Part shown: in pieces, positions 1 through 11,149 of the stretch
How positions within the stretch are numbered: the stretch's first letter is position 1
Layout: every line of letters starts with the position of its first letter
Origin: Mobula hypostoma
Lineage: Eukaryota
Direction of reading: 5' to 3'
Assembly (NCBI RefSeq): GCF_963921235.1
Contig: NC_086097.1
Span: 208,570,001-208,634,000, forward strand
DNA: 64,000 nt
Notes under the pieces: generated by a model
Databases searched by the model: none
Seen by the model: the letters and a program-made list of their open reading frames with translations, nothing else
Told to the model about the DNA's origin: nothing
Position numbers and translations under genes: made by a program

Positions 1-147
1 AGGGATAGGGGAAGGGAGGGGGAGGGAATTACCAGAAGTTGGAGAATTCTATGTTCATACCAAGGGGCTGGAGACTACCTAGACGGTATATGAGGTCCCT
101 ACACCTCCCCTCATGCCTCCATTGAGGGCCCCAAACAGTCCTTCCAA

Positions 148-474
148 GTGAGGCAACACTTCACTTGTGAGTCTGTTGGGGTCATCTATTGCATCCGGTG
201 CTCCCGGTGTGGCCTCCTCCACATCGGTGAAGCCCGACGCAGATTGGGGGACCGCTTCGTTGAGCACCTCCGCTCCATCCGCCACAACAGACAGGATCTC
301 CCGGTGGCCACCCACTTCAACCCTGCTTCCCACTCCCATTCAGATATGTCCATACAAGGCCTCCTCTACTGCCATGATGAGGCTAAACTCAGGTTGGAGG
401 AGCAACACCTCATATACTGTCTAGGTGGTCTCCAGCCCCTTGGTATGAACATAGAATTCTCCAACTTCTGGTAA
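148..474 (+). pseudogene. GIY-YIG endonuclease C-terminal fragment of a Penelope-like element
   Basis: VIYCIRC..C..LHIGE motif, conserved R and EH residues, stop at 474; 5'-truncated. Confidence 0.85.
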
Positions 475-739
475 TTCCCTCTCCCTCCCTTCCTCTATCC
501 GTATGTCACTCTACCCCCTCCCCCAGCTGCCTATCACCTCCCTCATGGTTCTGCCTCCTTCTACTACCCATTGTGCTTTCCCCTATTCCTTCTTCACCTT
601 TCCTGCCTATCACCTCCCTGCTTCCCCTCCCCCACCCCCTTATCTTTCCCCTTACTGGTTTTTCACCTGGAACCTACCAGCCTTCTCCTTCCCACCCTCC
701 CCCCACCTTCTTTATAGGGCCTCTGCCCCTTCCCTCTTC

Positions 740-775
740 AGTCCTGATGAAGGGTTCTGGCCCGAAACGTCGACT
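740..775 (+). ncRNA. Minimal type I hammerhead ribozyme (Penelope-associated)
   Basis: AGTC-CTGATGA-AGGG(TTCTGG)CCC-GAAAC-GTC-GACT: stem I AGTC/GACT, core CUGAUGA/GAAA, GUC cleavage triplet, palindromic ACGT at stem III. Confidence 0.85.
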
Positions 776-1309
776 CATCGTTTCTATGGATGCTGCTCGA
801 CCTGCTGAGTTCCTCCAGCATGTTGTGAGTGTTGCTTTGACCCCAGCATCTGCAGATTATTTTGTGTTAACAATTATTAGGAACAATGGGAAGTGGTTTA
901 TAGGCTATAATTTCTCACACATCTCAGAAGTTCCTTCAGCATTATTTCCTTTTGTCATGCATCATCCAATTGCTTTTACCACGAGGACAATCTAGGCCTC
1001 TCTCACATCTTGCCAGTCCCTTTCACTTCATCACACCAAGCTCATTCCTCATTACTACCCTTATGATTTCTTTTAATAATAGGATTATGTAATACTTTCT
1101 TAATTTCTGTCTGATTTTCAAAATCTCAAATATAACATTTGGTTACAAACCTTGATCATATCTATCTGATGTTTATAAGATCATGCCCATCCTTTCATGA
1201 TATTAAATTATTCATCTTGTCATGAATGTTGTTCGTGTATTCAGAGAAAAGCTATATTTCAACCATTTTCATCTAACTTGATCTCATTCGTGTTTTAAAA
1301 TTTATTATT

Positions 1310-1640
1310 TTTTTTCTGGATCTGGACATTATTGTCTATTTTTAAGTGCCTTGAGCTGCTTTGCTTTCTAGGTCATTTTAGAGTTAATTTCATTGGTATT
1401 TTGTCTTCATGCGTAGGCCAGACTGGGTAAGGATGACAGATTTTCTTCCCCTACAGAACATTAGTAAATCAGTTCTTTTTTAACCATTATCTGGTGGTCT
1501 TGTAGCCATCATTACATTTATGTTTTTTAAAATCAGATTGTTAATTGAATTTTTAATTTCCAAACTGCCATGATGCAATTTGAATTCCACTCTTTGGATT
1601 TTTAATTAAGGATTTTGGATTACTGTACTAGTCATTTTAT
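1310..1640 (-). mobile_element. Degenerate tRNA-derived SINE (shark-type)
   Basis: Resembles an elasmobranch SINE body (GGCCAGAC..GGTAAGGATG.CAGATTT.CTTCCC) with a tRNA-like head on the minus strand near 1570-1640. Confidence 0.45.
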
Positions 1641-1789
1641 AGTCAATAACTAGTAGTTTAACCATTGTCTAATCACCATTGTTATAGTTTTGGCTTTAAA
1701 CTAGTTCTTCTAATCACATTTTGTGTCTTTTATCCTTAACTTGTTATTTTAAAATCTGTAAGTCCTTACCTACTTGAACACTTTTCCTT

Positions 1790-2080
1790 CCTTTGTCAGT
1801 ATAAAGGCATATTTGCTTCTCCAGTTGTTTTATTCTCAGGACAGCTATTCCAATCTGGTTTAAGTGGAGCTTGTCCCAGTAGAACAGCCCCCTCTTTTCC
1901 CTGCACTAGTGCTGTTGCTGTTAATCAAAAACTGTGTCCTCCATGCTGCTCTTTGAGTCCTACACTGTGATCCATGAACATGATCATTTTTGAATGTATT
2001 CCTCTCTCTACATATGTCCAGTAGTCAGTTCCATTCCATGCTTCTAATCCCTAATACCCCAAACTCCTGATAACACATCT
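1790..2080 (-). mobile_element. Ancient CR1 ORF1 (esterase region) remnant
   Basis: Minus strand reads ..LFYWDKLHLNQIGIA.., similar to the DGLHLN motif of the ORF1 at 17275-17490. Confidence 0.45.
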
Positions 2081-4335
2081 TCCCTTCCTGCCTCCCACAT
2101 TAAGGGTCTCTTTTCTGTCTCTTCACTTTCAGATCTGTTAATATTAACATTATATAACATTAATGACAGGAGGAGAAGATGGCGGCGCGACGCAGCGCGT
2201 GTGGCCTCTCCGGTGATGATAATCTGTTATCTGTCAAGTAGGGTGCCGTGCACAATTCTGATTTGATGGAGGCAGATGTGAGAGCACGGAAGAATATCTG
2301 GTGAAACTTCTGAAATGTCTGTTTCGCTGCCACTGCTACTGTGTGATCCGAAATCTCCGGAGGGGAAGGTCCCGAATCCTCGGTTTTGCCTGTTGCATGG
2401 TGGCCGGGGTCAAAGCGCTCGGCAGAGATGGTGCTCGGTGCTCGGTGTCAGAGGCTCGAAGTTTTCGGACGGACTCAGAGTTGGACTATGGTCGGGTGCT
2501 TCCAGGATGCTGCATTGGCAAGTTTGTGGCGCTGGAGGTTAGAAGCATAGAAACATAGAAAATAGGTACAGGAGTAGGCTTTTCGGCCCTTCGAGCCTGC
2601 ACCGCTGTTCAGTATGATCATGGCTGATCATCCAACTCAGAACCCTGTACCTGCCTTCTCTCCATACCCCCGATCCCTTTAGCCACAAGGGCCATATCTA
2701 ACTCCCTCTTAAATATAGCCAATGAACTGGCCTCAACTGTTTCCTGTGGCAGAGAATTCCACAGATTCACCACTCTCTGTGTGAAGAAGTTTTTCCTCAT
2801 CTCGGTCCTAAAAGGCTTCCCCTTTATCCTTAACCTCTGACCCCTCGTTCTGGACTTCCCCATCATCGGGAACAATCTTCCTGCATCTAGCCTGTCCAAT
2901 CCCTTTAGAATTTTATACGTTTCAAGAAGATCCCCCCTCAATCTTCTAAATTCCAGCGAGTATAAGCCTAGTCGATCCAGTCTTTATCATATGAAAGTCC
3001 TGCCATCCCAGGAATCAATCTGGTGAACCTTCTTTGTACTCCCTCTATTGCAAGAATGTATTTCCTCAGATTAGGGGACTAGAACTGCATACAATCCTCC
3101 AGGTGTGGTCTCACCAAGGCCTTGCACAACTGCAGTAGGACCTCCCTGCTCCTGTACTTGAATCCTCTTGCTATGAATGCCAGCATACCATTCGCCTTTT
3201 TCACCGCCTGCTGTACCTGCATGCCCACTTTCAATGACTGGTGTATAATGACACCCAGGTCTCATTGCACCTCCTCTTTTCCTAATTGGCCACCATTCAG
3301 ATAATAATCTGTTTTCCTGTTTTTGCCTCCAAAGTGGATAACCTCACATTTATCCACATTAAATTTCATCTGCCATGAATTTGCCCACTCACCTAACCTA
3401 TCCAAGTCGCCCTGCATCCTCCTCACAGCTAACACCGGCGCCCAGCTTCGTGTCATCCGCAAACTTGGAGATGCTGCATTTAATTCCCTCATCTAAGTCA
3501 TTAATATATATATTGTCGACAACTGGGGTCCCAGCACTGAGCCTTGCGGTACCCCACTAGTCACTGCCTGCCATTCTGAAAAGGTCCTGTTTATTCCCAC
3601 TCTTTGCTTCCTGCCTGACAACCAATTCTCTATCCACATCAATACCTTACCCCCAATACCGCGTGCTTTAAGTTTGCACACTAATCTCCTGTGTGGAACC
3701 TTGTCAAAAGCCTTTTGAAAATCCAAATATACCACATCTACTGGTTCTCCCCTATCCACTCTACTAGTTACATCCTCAAAAAATTCTATGAGATTCGTCA
3801 GATATGATTTTCCTTTCACAAATCCATGCTGACTTTGTCCGATGATTTCACTGCTTTCCAAACATGCTGTTATCACATCTTTGATAACTGACTCTAGCAT
3901 TTTCCCCACCACCGATGTCAGGCTAACCGGTCTATAATTCCCCGGTTTCTCTCTCCCTCATTTTTTAAAAAGCGGGGTTACATTAGCCACCCTCCAATCC
4001 TCAGGAACTAATCCAGAATCTAAAGAGTTTTGAAAAATTATCACTAATGCATCCACTATTGGGCTGCTTCCTTAAGCACTCTGGGATGCAGACCATCTGG
4101 CCCTGGGAATTTATCTGCCTTTAATCCCTTCAATTTACCTAACACCACTTCCCTACTAACATGTATTTCCCTCAGTTCCTCCATCTCACTAGACCCTCGG
4201 TCCCCTACTATTTCCAGAAGATTATTTATGTCCTCCTTAGTGAAGACAGAACCAAAGTAGTTATTCAATTGGTCTGCCATGTCCTTGTTCCCCATGATCA
4301 ATTCACCTGTTTCTGATTGTAAGGGACCTACATTT

Positions 4336-5623
4336 AAGTTCCTCGGCATAAACATCACTGAGGATCTCACATGGTCTGTACAGACCAGCTGCGTTGTGAA
4401 AAAAGCACAACAGCACCTCCTTCACCAGAAGCTTGGAATGGGGCCCCCAAATCCAAAGAACTTTCTACTGGCACACACATTCCAATAACTTTCCCACTAC
4501 TGATGTCAGCCTCACCAACGTATTTGGGTGGAGAATTGGTTAGCAGACAGGAAGCAAAGAGTGGGAATAAACGGGACCTTTTCAGAATGGCAGGCGGTGA
4601 CTAGTGGGGTACCGCAAGGCTCAGTGCTGGGACCCCAGTTGTTTACAATATATATTAATGACTTGGATGAGGGAATTAAATGCAGCATCTCCAAGTTTGC
4701 GGATGACACGAAGCTGGGTGGCAGTGTTAGCAGTGAGGAGGATGCTAAGAGGATGCAGGGTGACTTGGATAGGTTGGGTGAGTGGGCAAACTCATGGCAG
4801 ATGCAATTTAATGTGGATAAATGTGAAGTTATCCACTTTGGTGGCAAAAATAGGAAAACAGATTATTATCTGAATGGTGGCCGATTAGGAAAAGGGGAGG
4901 TGCAACGAGACCTGGGTGTCATTATACACCAGTCATTGAAAGTGGGCATGCAGGTACAGCAGGCGGTGAAAAAGGCGAACGGTATGCTGGCATTTATAGC
5001 GAGAGGATTCGAGTACAGGAGCAGGGAGGTACTACTGCAGTTGTACAAGGCCTTGGTGAGACCACACCTGGAGTATTGTGTGCAGTTTTGGTCCCCTAAT
5101 CTGAGGAAAGACATCTTTGCCATAGAGGGAGTACAAAGAAGGTTCACCAGATTGATTCCTGGGATGGCAGGTCTTTCATATGAAGAAAGACTGGATGAAC
5201 TGGGCTTGTACTCGTTGGAATTTAGAAGATTGAGGGGGGATCTGATTGAAACGTATAAGATCCTAAAGGGATTGGACAGGCTAGATGCAGGAAGATTGTT
5301 CCCGATGTTGGGGAGGTCTAGAACGAGGGGTCACAGTTTGAGGATAGAGGGGAAGCCTTTTAGGACCGAGGTTAGGAAAAACTTCTTCACACAGAGAGTG
5401 GTGAATCTGTGGAATTCTCTGCCACAGCAAACTGTTGAGGCCAGTTCATTAGCTATGTTTAAAAGGAAGTTAGATATGGCCCTTGTGGCTACAGGGGTCA
5501 GGGGGTATGGAGGGAAGGCTGGGTTCTGAGTTGGATGATCAGCCATGATCATAATAAATGGCGGTGCAGGCTCGAAGGGCCGAATGGCCTACTCCTGCAC
5601 CTATTTTCTATGTTTCTATGTTT
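4336..5623 (+). mobile_element. Chimeric insertion: Rex1/Babar RT fragment, short inverted CR1 piece and young CR1 3' end
   Basis: FKFLGINITEDLTW (4333-4476), then a minus-strand CR1 stub (~4478-4517), then CR1 RT ORF 4528-5529 with tail; flanked by CTACATTT at 4328-4335 and 5624-5631. Confidence 0.85.
4528..5529 (+). pseudogene. CR1 ORF2 reverse transcriptase C-terminal half (uninterrupted 333 aa)
   Basis: [45 protein letters not shown]. Confidence 0.92.
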
Positions 5624-6020
5624 CTACATTTGTCTTAACCAATCTTTTTCTTTTCACGTATCTATAAAAGCTTTTACAGTCAGTTTTTATGTTCCCTGCC
5701 AGCTTTCTCTCATAATCTTTTTTCCCTTTCCTAATTAAGCCCTTTGTCCTCCTCTGCTGGACTCTGAATTTCTTCCAGTTCTCAAGTGTGCTGCTTTTTC
5801 TGGCTAATTTGTATGTTTCTTCTTTGGAATTGATACTATCCCTAATTTCCCTCGTCAGCCACGGGTGCACTACCTTCCCTGGTTTATTCTTTTGCCAAAC
5901 TGGGATGAACAATTGTTGTAGTTCATCCATGCAATCTTTAAATGCTTGCCATTGCATATCCACCGTCAACCCTTTAAGTGTCATTTGCCAGTCTATCTTA
6001 GCTAATTCACGTCTCATACC

Positions 6021-6128
6021 TTCAGAGTTACCCTTCTTTAAGTTCAGAACCTTTGTTTATGGCGGGGAGAGTTTTTCAAAGTTACCCTTTTTTAAGTTCA
6101 GAACCTTTGTTCATGGCAGGGAGAGTTT
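6021..6128. repeat. 54-bp tandem duplication spanning the CR1 5' junction
   Basis: TTCAGAGTTACCC...GGAGAGTTT at 6021-6074 repeated at 6075-6128 with a few substitutions. Confidence 0.85.
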
Positions 6129-6559
6129 TTCTTCCTTCTACCATCTGCGTGAGATGTTGGGGCTATCAGGACTTTGAGACTTTTTTTTACCGTGCCCATG
6201 ATCTGCTCTTATCAAATTACAGTATTGCTTTGCACTGTTGTAACTATATGTTATAATTATGTGGTTTTTGTCAGTTGTAGTCTTGGTTTGTCATGTGTTT
6301 CTGTGATATCATACTGGAAGAACATTGTATCATTTTTAAATGCATGCATTTCTAAATGACAATAAATGAGGACTGAGTGTCCTCATAATCTAATCTAATA
6401 TAGAAAAATAATAATTATCAGGCATACCTGAGACTTTATTTATAACCTCTCTGCCGTTTCACTCATTTCAAGTCTCACTTTGTTCAGAGCAGCACATAGC
6501 CTTTTAAAAAAAATTCTCCCTTAGCTTTAATAATTTTATACGTTTATCTATTTATGTCA

Positions 6560-6667
6560 GCCCAGCAAGAATGTGCAAACTCTATGCAGACAACATTTGA
6601 TGTCAGAATTGAACCATGTTTCTGACACTGTGTGGCAATGGATCTACAAGCTATACCACTGTGCCAC
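6560..6667 (-). mobile_element. HE1/V-SINE-like SINE 5' fragment
   Basis: Minus strand GTGGCACAGTGGT...GGTTCAATTC...GAGTTTGCACATTCT (A/B-box head and V-SINE core). Confidence 0.65.
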
Positions 6668-7802
6668 ACAGATCCCTTTAGCTTTCTAAATCTTTAAAAA
6701 TCATATTTATTTCTGGCCATTTTTTCCCTTCTTAATCCAGTCTTTTGTTCTCTCCTTTTAGTTACATGATTGGACTTAGCAATTGTCTTCTTAATGCATA
6801 CTGGCTGGTGTTGTGGCTGGTGTTGTGGCTGGCCCATAGCAAGATTCCACAAAAAGCAAAATACATAAATGACTAGTTAAGTTGCTTTGATGGTGTTGGC
6901 CAGAACACATTAGAATCTTATTTATTGAATGGCATAATGGAACCTTTAACATGGAAAGGGCATTCTGGCCTTCATCCAAAAGACAGTACCTCCAAAAATG
7001 CACCAAAATGCCAGATTAGATTATGATCCTGAATAAATACCGGCTCATAACTAACCCTACTGAAATAAGCTGATGTTAACCTTGCCATTGTCAAAACAAG
7101 TGATAACCAAGTATAGAAAGATATGGTTAAACATATAATTAGAAATATACACAAAAATGTGTAATAAATACTCAATGTATTATGAATGATTGCTATGTTC
7201 TAAGGCATGTTTTAGATTTTAGAAATTTTCAGCTGTACACACTTTGTGTGTTTCTCAATTTAGCAATTCTGCTTGCAATAGATTTTTTCCTTTTGGGATT
7301 TCAAGAGTCTATGCAATGTTTATACATTGGAAATTATCAGCTGCAACAGCTTCTATTTAATTTCCTATGTTTGTTGGGACATTTATATAAGCTTTTCGCT
7401 TGACTTTGCAGGACTGCCATAACAGGAAAGGCTGCTGCCAGGCTGCATAGTAGGAAGTCGTTACTGATGTGTGCCACATGATGTCATCTCTTAAAAATCA
7501 TATTTGTATGCTGATTGACCTCCTTATTATTTGATCTGAAGTATTTGTTTTTCAATAGATCTCAGACAGAATAAAATTCAATCTAACAGCATTTCAAAGA
7601 TGTAGCGATCATAATAAAAATAGTTGCACTTACTGTATTTTCCCAAAAGCAATGGTGTGGGGAGAGTTAGACTGACAATTACGGTGGTAGGCCATTGAAG
7701 CAAACATGGAAGTCCAGACTTTTGAGAGGTTTACACTGTTGTCCTTCTGACCATTGCTGGGCCCCAGAAGCAGAGGACTAATTTCCTGCATATTCTTTAC
7801 AG

Positions 7803-7849
7803 TTTGCTGGATAATTTGGTCCTGATTGTGAAAAATAATGAAGTTTCAG
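7803..7849 (+). other. Candidate 47-nt internal exon of an unidentified gene
   Basis: Branch-like ACTAAT, TTTCCTGCATATTCTTTACAG acceptor, CAG|GTAATT donor; single open frame LLDNLVLIVKNNEVS; non-repetitive context. Confidence 0.3.
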
Positions 7850-9704
7850 GTAATTTAAAGCTTTTGATTTACTTGAGTTAATTTCAAAGTTGTTAGTTAT
7901 TGATATATATCTAGATAAAGTATTTTATCATAACACTATTTTCTCTCTTTCTTACACACACACACTCACACACACACCATTCCAACATTGTCCTGCATCT
8001 AAATGCAACATAATGAAAATCTGACATAATGTTCTTTATCTCCTCCACTTTGACGAGCAGTGCCTGGTCCAGAGTGAGGAGACCATGAGTGAATGAGAGG
8101 GGGAAGGAAGATGATAATGATGATGAAGGTGATGAGCACAGTATATCGCCACACTCAACACTCCTCTAGCACCATGTAAAATACTGATATTGTAAAGGGA
8201 GAATTGTTTATGTTAGAGGGACCAATGTCTCTGGTCTGCAGTCCAGCATGCATCACAGGGAATTTGATGTGTATCTCATTGCAGAGTGGATCTGCACAAC
8301 TCATTGCCCAAAGGACTGCATTAAGATGTATTCATGATGAAGCTAATGCAAATGTACTGGCAGATGGTTAGCAAGCTGTGAGGCCTGCCTCGTGAGCAGC
8401 ATGCACTTCTACAGGGGTAGCAGAATGCTACAAATGAGCAGCAAGCTCTTCCCCATAGTGAAATGTTGCTTGTAACCAGATTGCTGTGCTGCACAAAGAG
8501 AGAGATTCCACCTCTAGCTCTCACGCACAAGAAGAGAAATGGCTTGCAAGAACTTACCTCTCTGCTTCAGGAGTAGAGGCATGTCCCACCTGTCTTTACC
8601 ATGAATAAAGTCCTGCATGAACTGTGCTAAAACTGACTCTGACAAGAAGTCTGGAAATAACCCAAGTGCCATATGCCCAAGGAGATTGACTTTATCGATG
8701 GTTTACACAAGGAGAATAAATAAAAAGTGCTCAGGTTACTGTGATATGTGTTCTATTACATTATAAATGAGCTCTGATGATTTGAGGAACAAATTTAAAC
8801 ATTGACGGTTCTGCCAATTTAGGTTATCATTATTTCCCTTGACATGTAATGTATCCTCATTTGACATTTCCTTCATTAGTATGTCAGGAAAAGACTGTGA
8901 CCAAATTGGAGGGACATTCAGAGAGTTTTAAATGGTTATTTATTTTACTCTATCGTAGTAATTATGCAGATCTATGACCTATGGTCTAAGAACCTGAGGC
9001 TGTCATTTATCTTTTATTTCATTTTGTCTCATCTGTTTCCCTCTATCAGTATTAAGTGTCACAGTAAGTTACTACGGGTGTTGGAAGCCTAGTAACATCT
9101 TTGTCAAGTGGATGTATTGATGCATGAGCCAGTTTTATATATTTAAGGGAAATATCATCATCAAGGACAAGTATATTATTATCAAAGGAACTTTTCACAG
9201 ACTTTCCAAATGATCAGCATCTAAATCCCTGAATAATCTTACTTACTGAGCATTTTCTTTCTATTTTTGTATCTTCCACTTTCAGCAAGAATTATAATAA
9301 TTGATGCATTTATTAAGAAAATTGGTTACTTTATTTTCATTCGAAAGATGTTTAATGAAAGAACTTACATTCACACTGAAGAGACCAAAATACAAGAAAA
9401 TGTATCATCCAGTTCTTGCATAACGATATCTTGGAAAGGACAAAGTAGTGATCACAGACCAGCTCTGATGGTGATGGCTGAGAACATTGTTTTGAATGAA
9501 GTATAAGAAAACAGTTCTGCTCTTCCTCAGAAAAGAGCACAGGTTTTTTTTCTCTTCCTTTTCATTCCCTATTCTGGTCTCCCTCCTACCTCTGATGTAT
9601 CTCCTCCTCCTCTTTCTCCCATGGCCCACTCTTCTCTCCGATCAGATTCCCTTATTTTAAGCTTTGAGGCATGACATTGGTACTCTGGCCAGATTCTGCA
9701 TGTA

Positions 9705-10605
9705 CATTCAGTGGCTACTTTATTAGGTACACCTTTACACTTGCTCAGTAATGCAAATATCTAATTAGCCAAGCACGTGGCAGTAACTCAATGCATAAAA
9801 GCATGCAGACAAGGTCAAGAAGTTCAGTTGTTGGTCAGACCAAACATCAGAATGGGGAAAAATGTGACCTACGTGACTTTGCAGAATAAAGAAGGGCCAA
9901 AAGGCCTGTTTCTGTGCTGTAGTTTTTCTATACTTTCTATAGGTCAGTGGGACTAGGCAGAAAATGGTTTGGCACAGCCAAGAAGGGCCGAAAGGCCTGT
10001 TTCTGTGCTGTAGTTTTTCTATGCTTTCTATAGGTCAGTGGGACTAGGCAGAAAATGGTTCGGCACAGCCAAGAAGGGCCAAAAGGCCTGTTTCTGTGCT
10101 ATAGTTTTTCTATGCTTTCTATAGGTCAGTGGGACTAGGCAGAAAATGGTTCGGCACAGCCAAGAAGGGCCAAAAGGCCTGTTTCTGTGCTATAGTTTTT
10201 CTCTGGTTTCTATGGTTTCTAATTGTTGGTATTGATGGGGTGGTCTGAATACTTCAGAAACTGCTAATCTCTTGGAGTTTTCATGCACAACAGACTCCAA
10301 TGTTTACAGAGAATGGTGTGAAAAACAAAAAAAAAGACGTTAAATACATGTCAGTTTTGCAGGTAAAAATGCCTTGTTAGTCAGAGAGGTCGGAGGATAA
10401 TGGCCAGATTGGTTCAAACTGACAGGAAGGTGACAAATAACCACGCATTACAACAGTGGTGTGCAGAAGGGCGTCTCTGAACGTGCAAAACGTCGAATCT
10501 TGAGGTGGATAGGCTACAGCGACAGAAGACCGCGAACGTACAGAAATACACGCAGTGCCATCTTCATTAGGTATCTACTATGCATAATAAAGTGCCCACT
10601 GAGTG
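9705..10605 (+). mobile_element. Tc1/mariner non-autonomous derivative
   Basis: TA-flanked TIRs CATTCAGTGGCTACTTTATT / AATAAAGTGCCCACTGAGTG; internal transposase N-terminal remnant (SETANLL.FS..; ..WIGYSDRRP). Confidence 0.85.
9889..10221 (+). repeat. 91-bp tandem array (~3.6 units) of a CR1-type 3' end
   Basis: GAAGGGCC at 9891, 9982, 10073, 10164; units carry GGGCC.AAAGGCCTGTTTC hairpin and TTTCTAT tail. Confidence 0.9.
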
Positions 10606-11149
10606 TATACGCTGTTGTGGAGAAGAGAATAATTTTGTGGATTTCAATTTTATTTGGTGATTGATACTTCTGCAATCCTAAACATTTGCAGATAATCAGT
10701 ATTTGCTTTGGTAGCTCTATGTTTATGTCATTTTCAATATGAGCAGCACATGACAGTACACTGCTAAGATGGAGGAACTTGTCCACAGCCCATTCGCTGC
10801 AATAGTAGGCTAGATGACAATTGTAACCTAATACAAAAACAATAGATTTCTCCCCTAGGCAGGTGCTCATAATATAATGTATAGGAAATGAACTAAGAAC
10901 TAATGAACTAGTTAATTAGCTCTCCATGAACTAAGCCTGAATGGTGTAATTGAGCAGCTCACCACGTGGATGGAAATGCATTGTCTCTGTTTTCGGGAAG
11001 GTCTGAACTGGTGCTAAAACCTCTGTGCTCAATGCTGGCTCAGCAATGAAGCAATGAGACGGAGGTCACTGTGCAAACTTTATATGCCTCCTGCACCAAA
11101 TCAAATAAGCATGCTGAAGCAATTGAGCATTCATTGGGATCTCTGTATC

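Larger units (their letters stand above)
1..870 (+). mobile_element. Penelope-like retroelement 3' portion (GIY-YIG endonuclease end plus terminal repeat) preceded by an inverted partial copy
   Basis: ORF 148-474 has FTCES.GVIYCIRCSRCGLLHIGE..RRL..RF.EH (GIY-YIG with CxxC). Bases 1-97 are the reverse complement of ~407-502. Hammerhead core at 740-775. Confidence 0.9.
2541..6056 (-). mobile_element. CR1 (HER1-like) LINE, 5'-truncated ORF2, interrupted at 4336-5623
   Basis: (TTTCTATG)n tail at 2541-2560; RT motifs [26 protein letters not shown]; resumes at 5624 (ORF 5616-6017); several frameshifts. Confidence 0.95.
2174..6399 (+). mobile_element. Non-coding non-autonomous retroposon (AAGATGGCGGCG start, (TAATC)n tail) split by CR1 insertions: parts 2174-2540 and ~6110-6399
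   Basis: Both parts align with the uninterrupted antisense copy at ~28597-29183; ends AATAAA...TAATCTAATCTAAT. Confidence 0.8.

Noticed and set aside
503..995. Proline-rich ORFs, also 43545-44054
   Set aside because: Translation of the pyrimidine-rich Penelope 3' region.
1692..1706. GGCTTTAAACTAGTT on the + strand resembling the CR1 slippery junction
   Set aside because: Opposite strand to the nearby CR1 remnant, no G-rich follower and no flanking ORFs.
8060..8560. Acidic stretch and possible Harbinger/Myb-like remnant
   Set aside because: Too degenerate; no motif could be read with confidence.
9889..10221. CRISPR-like array
   Set aside because: Units are contiguous near-identical repeats with no unique spacers, derived from a CR1 3' end, in eukaryotic DNA.
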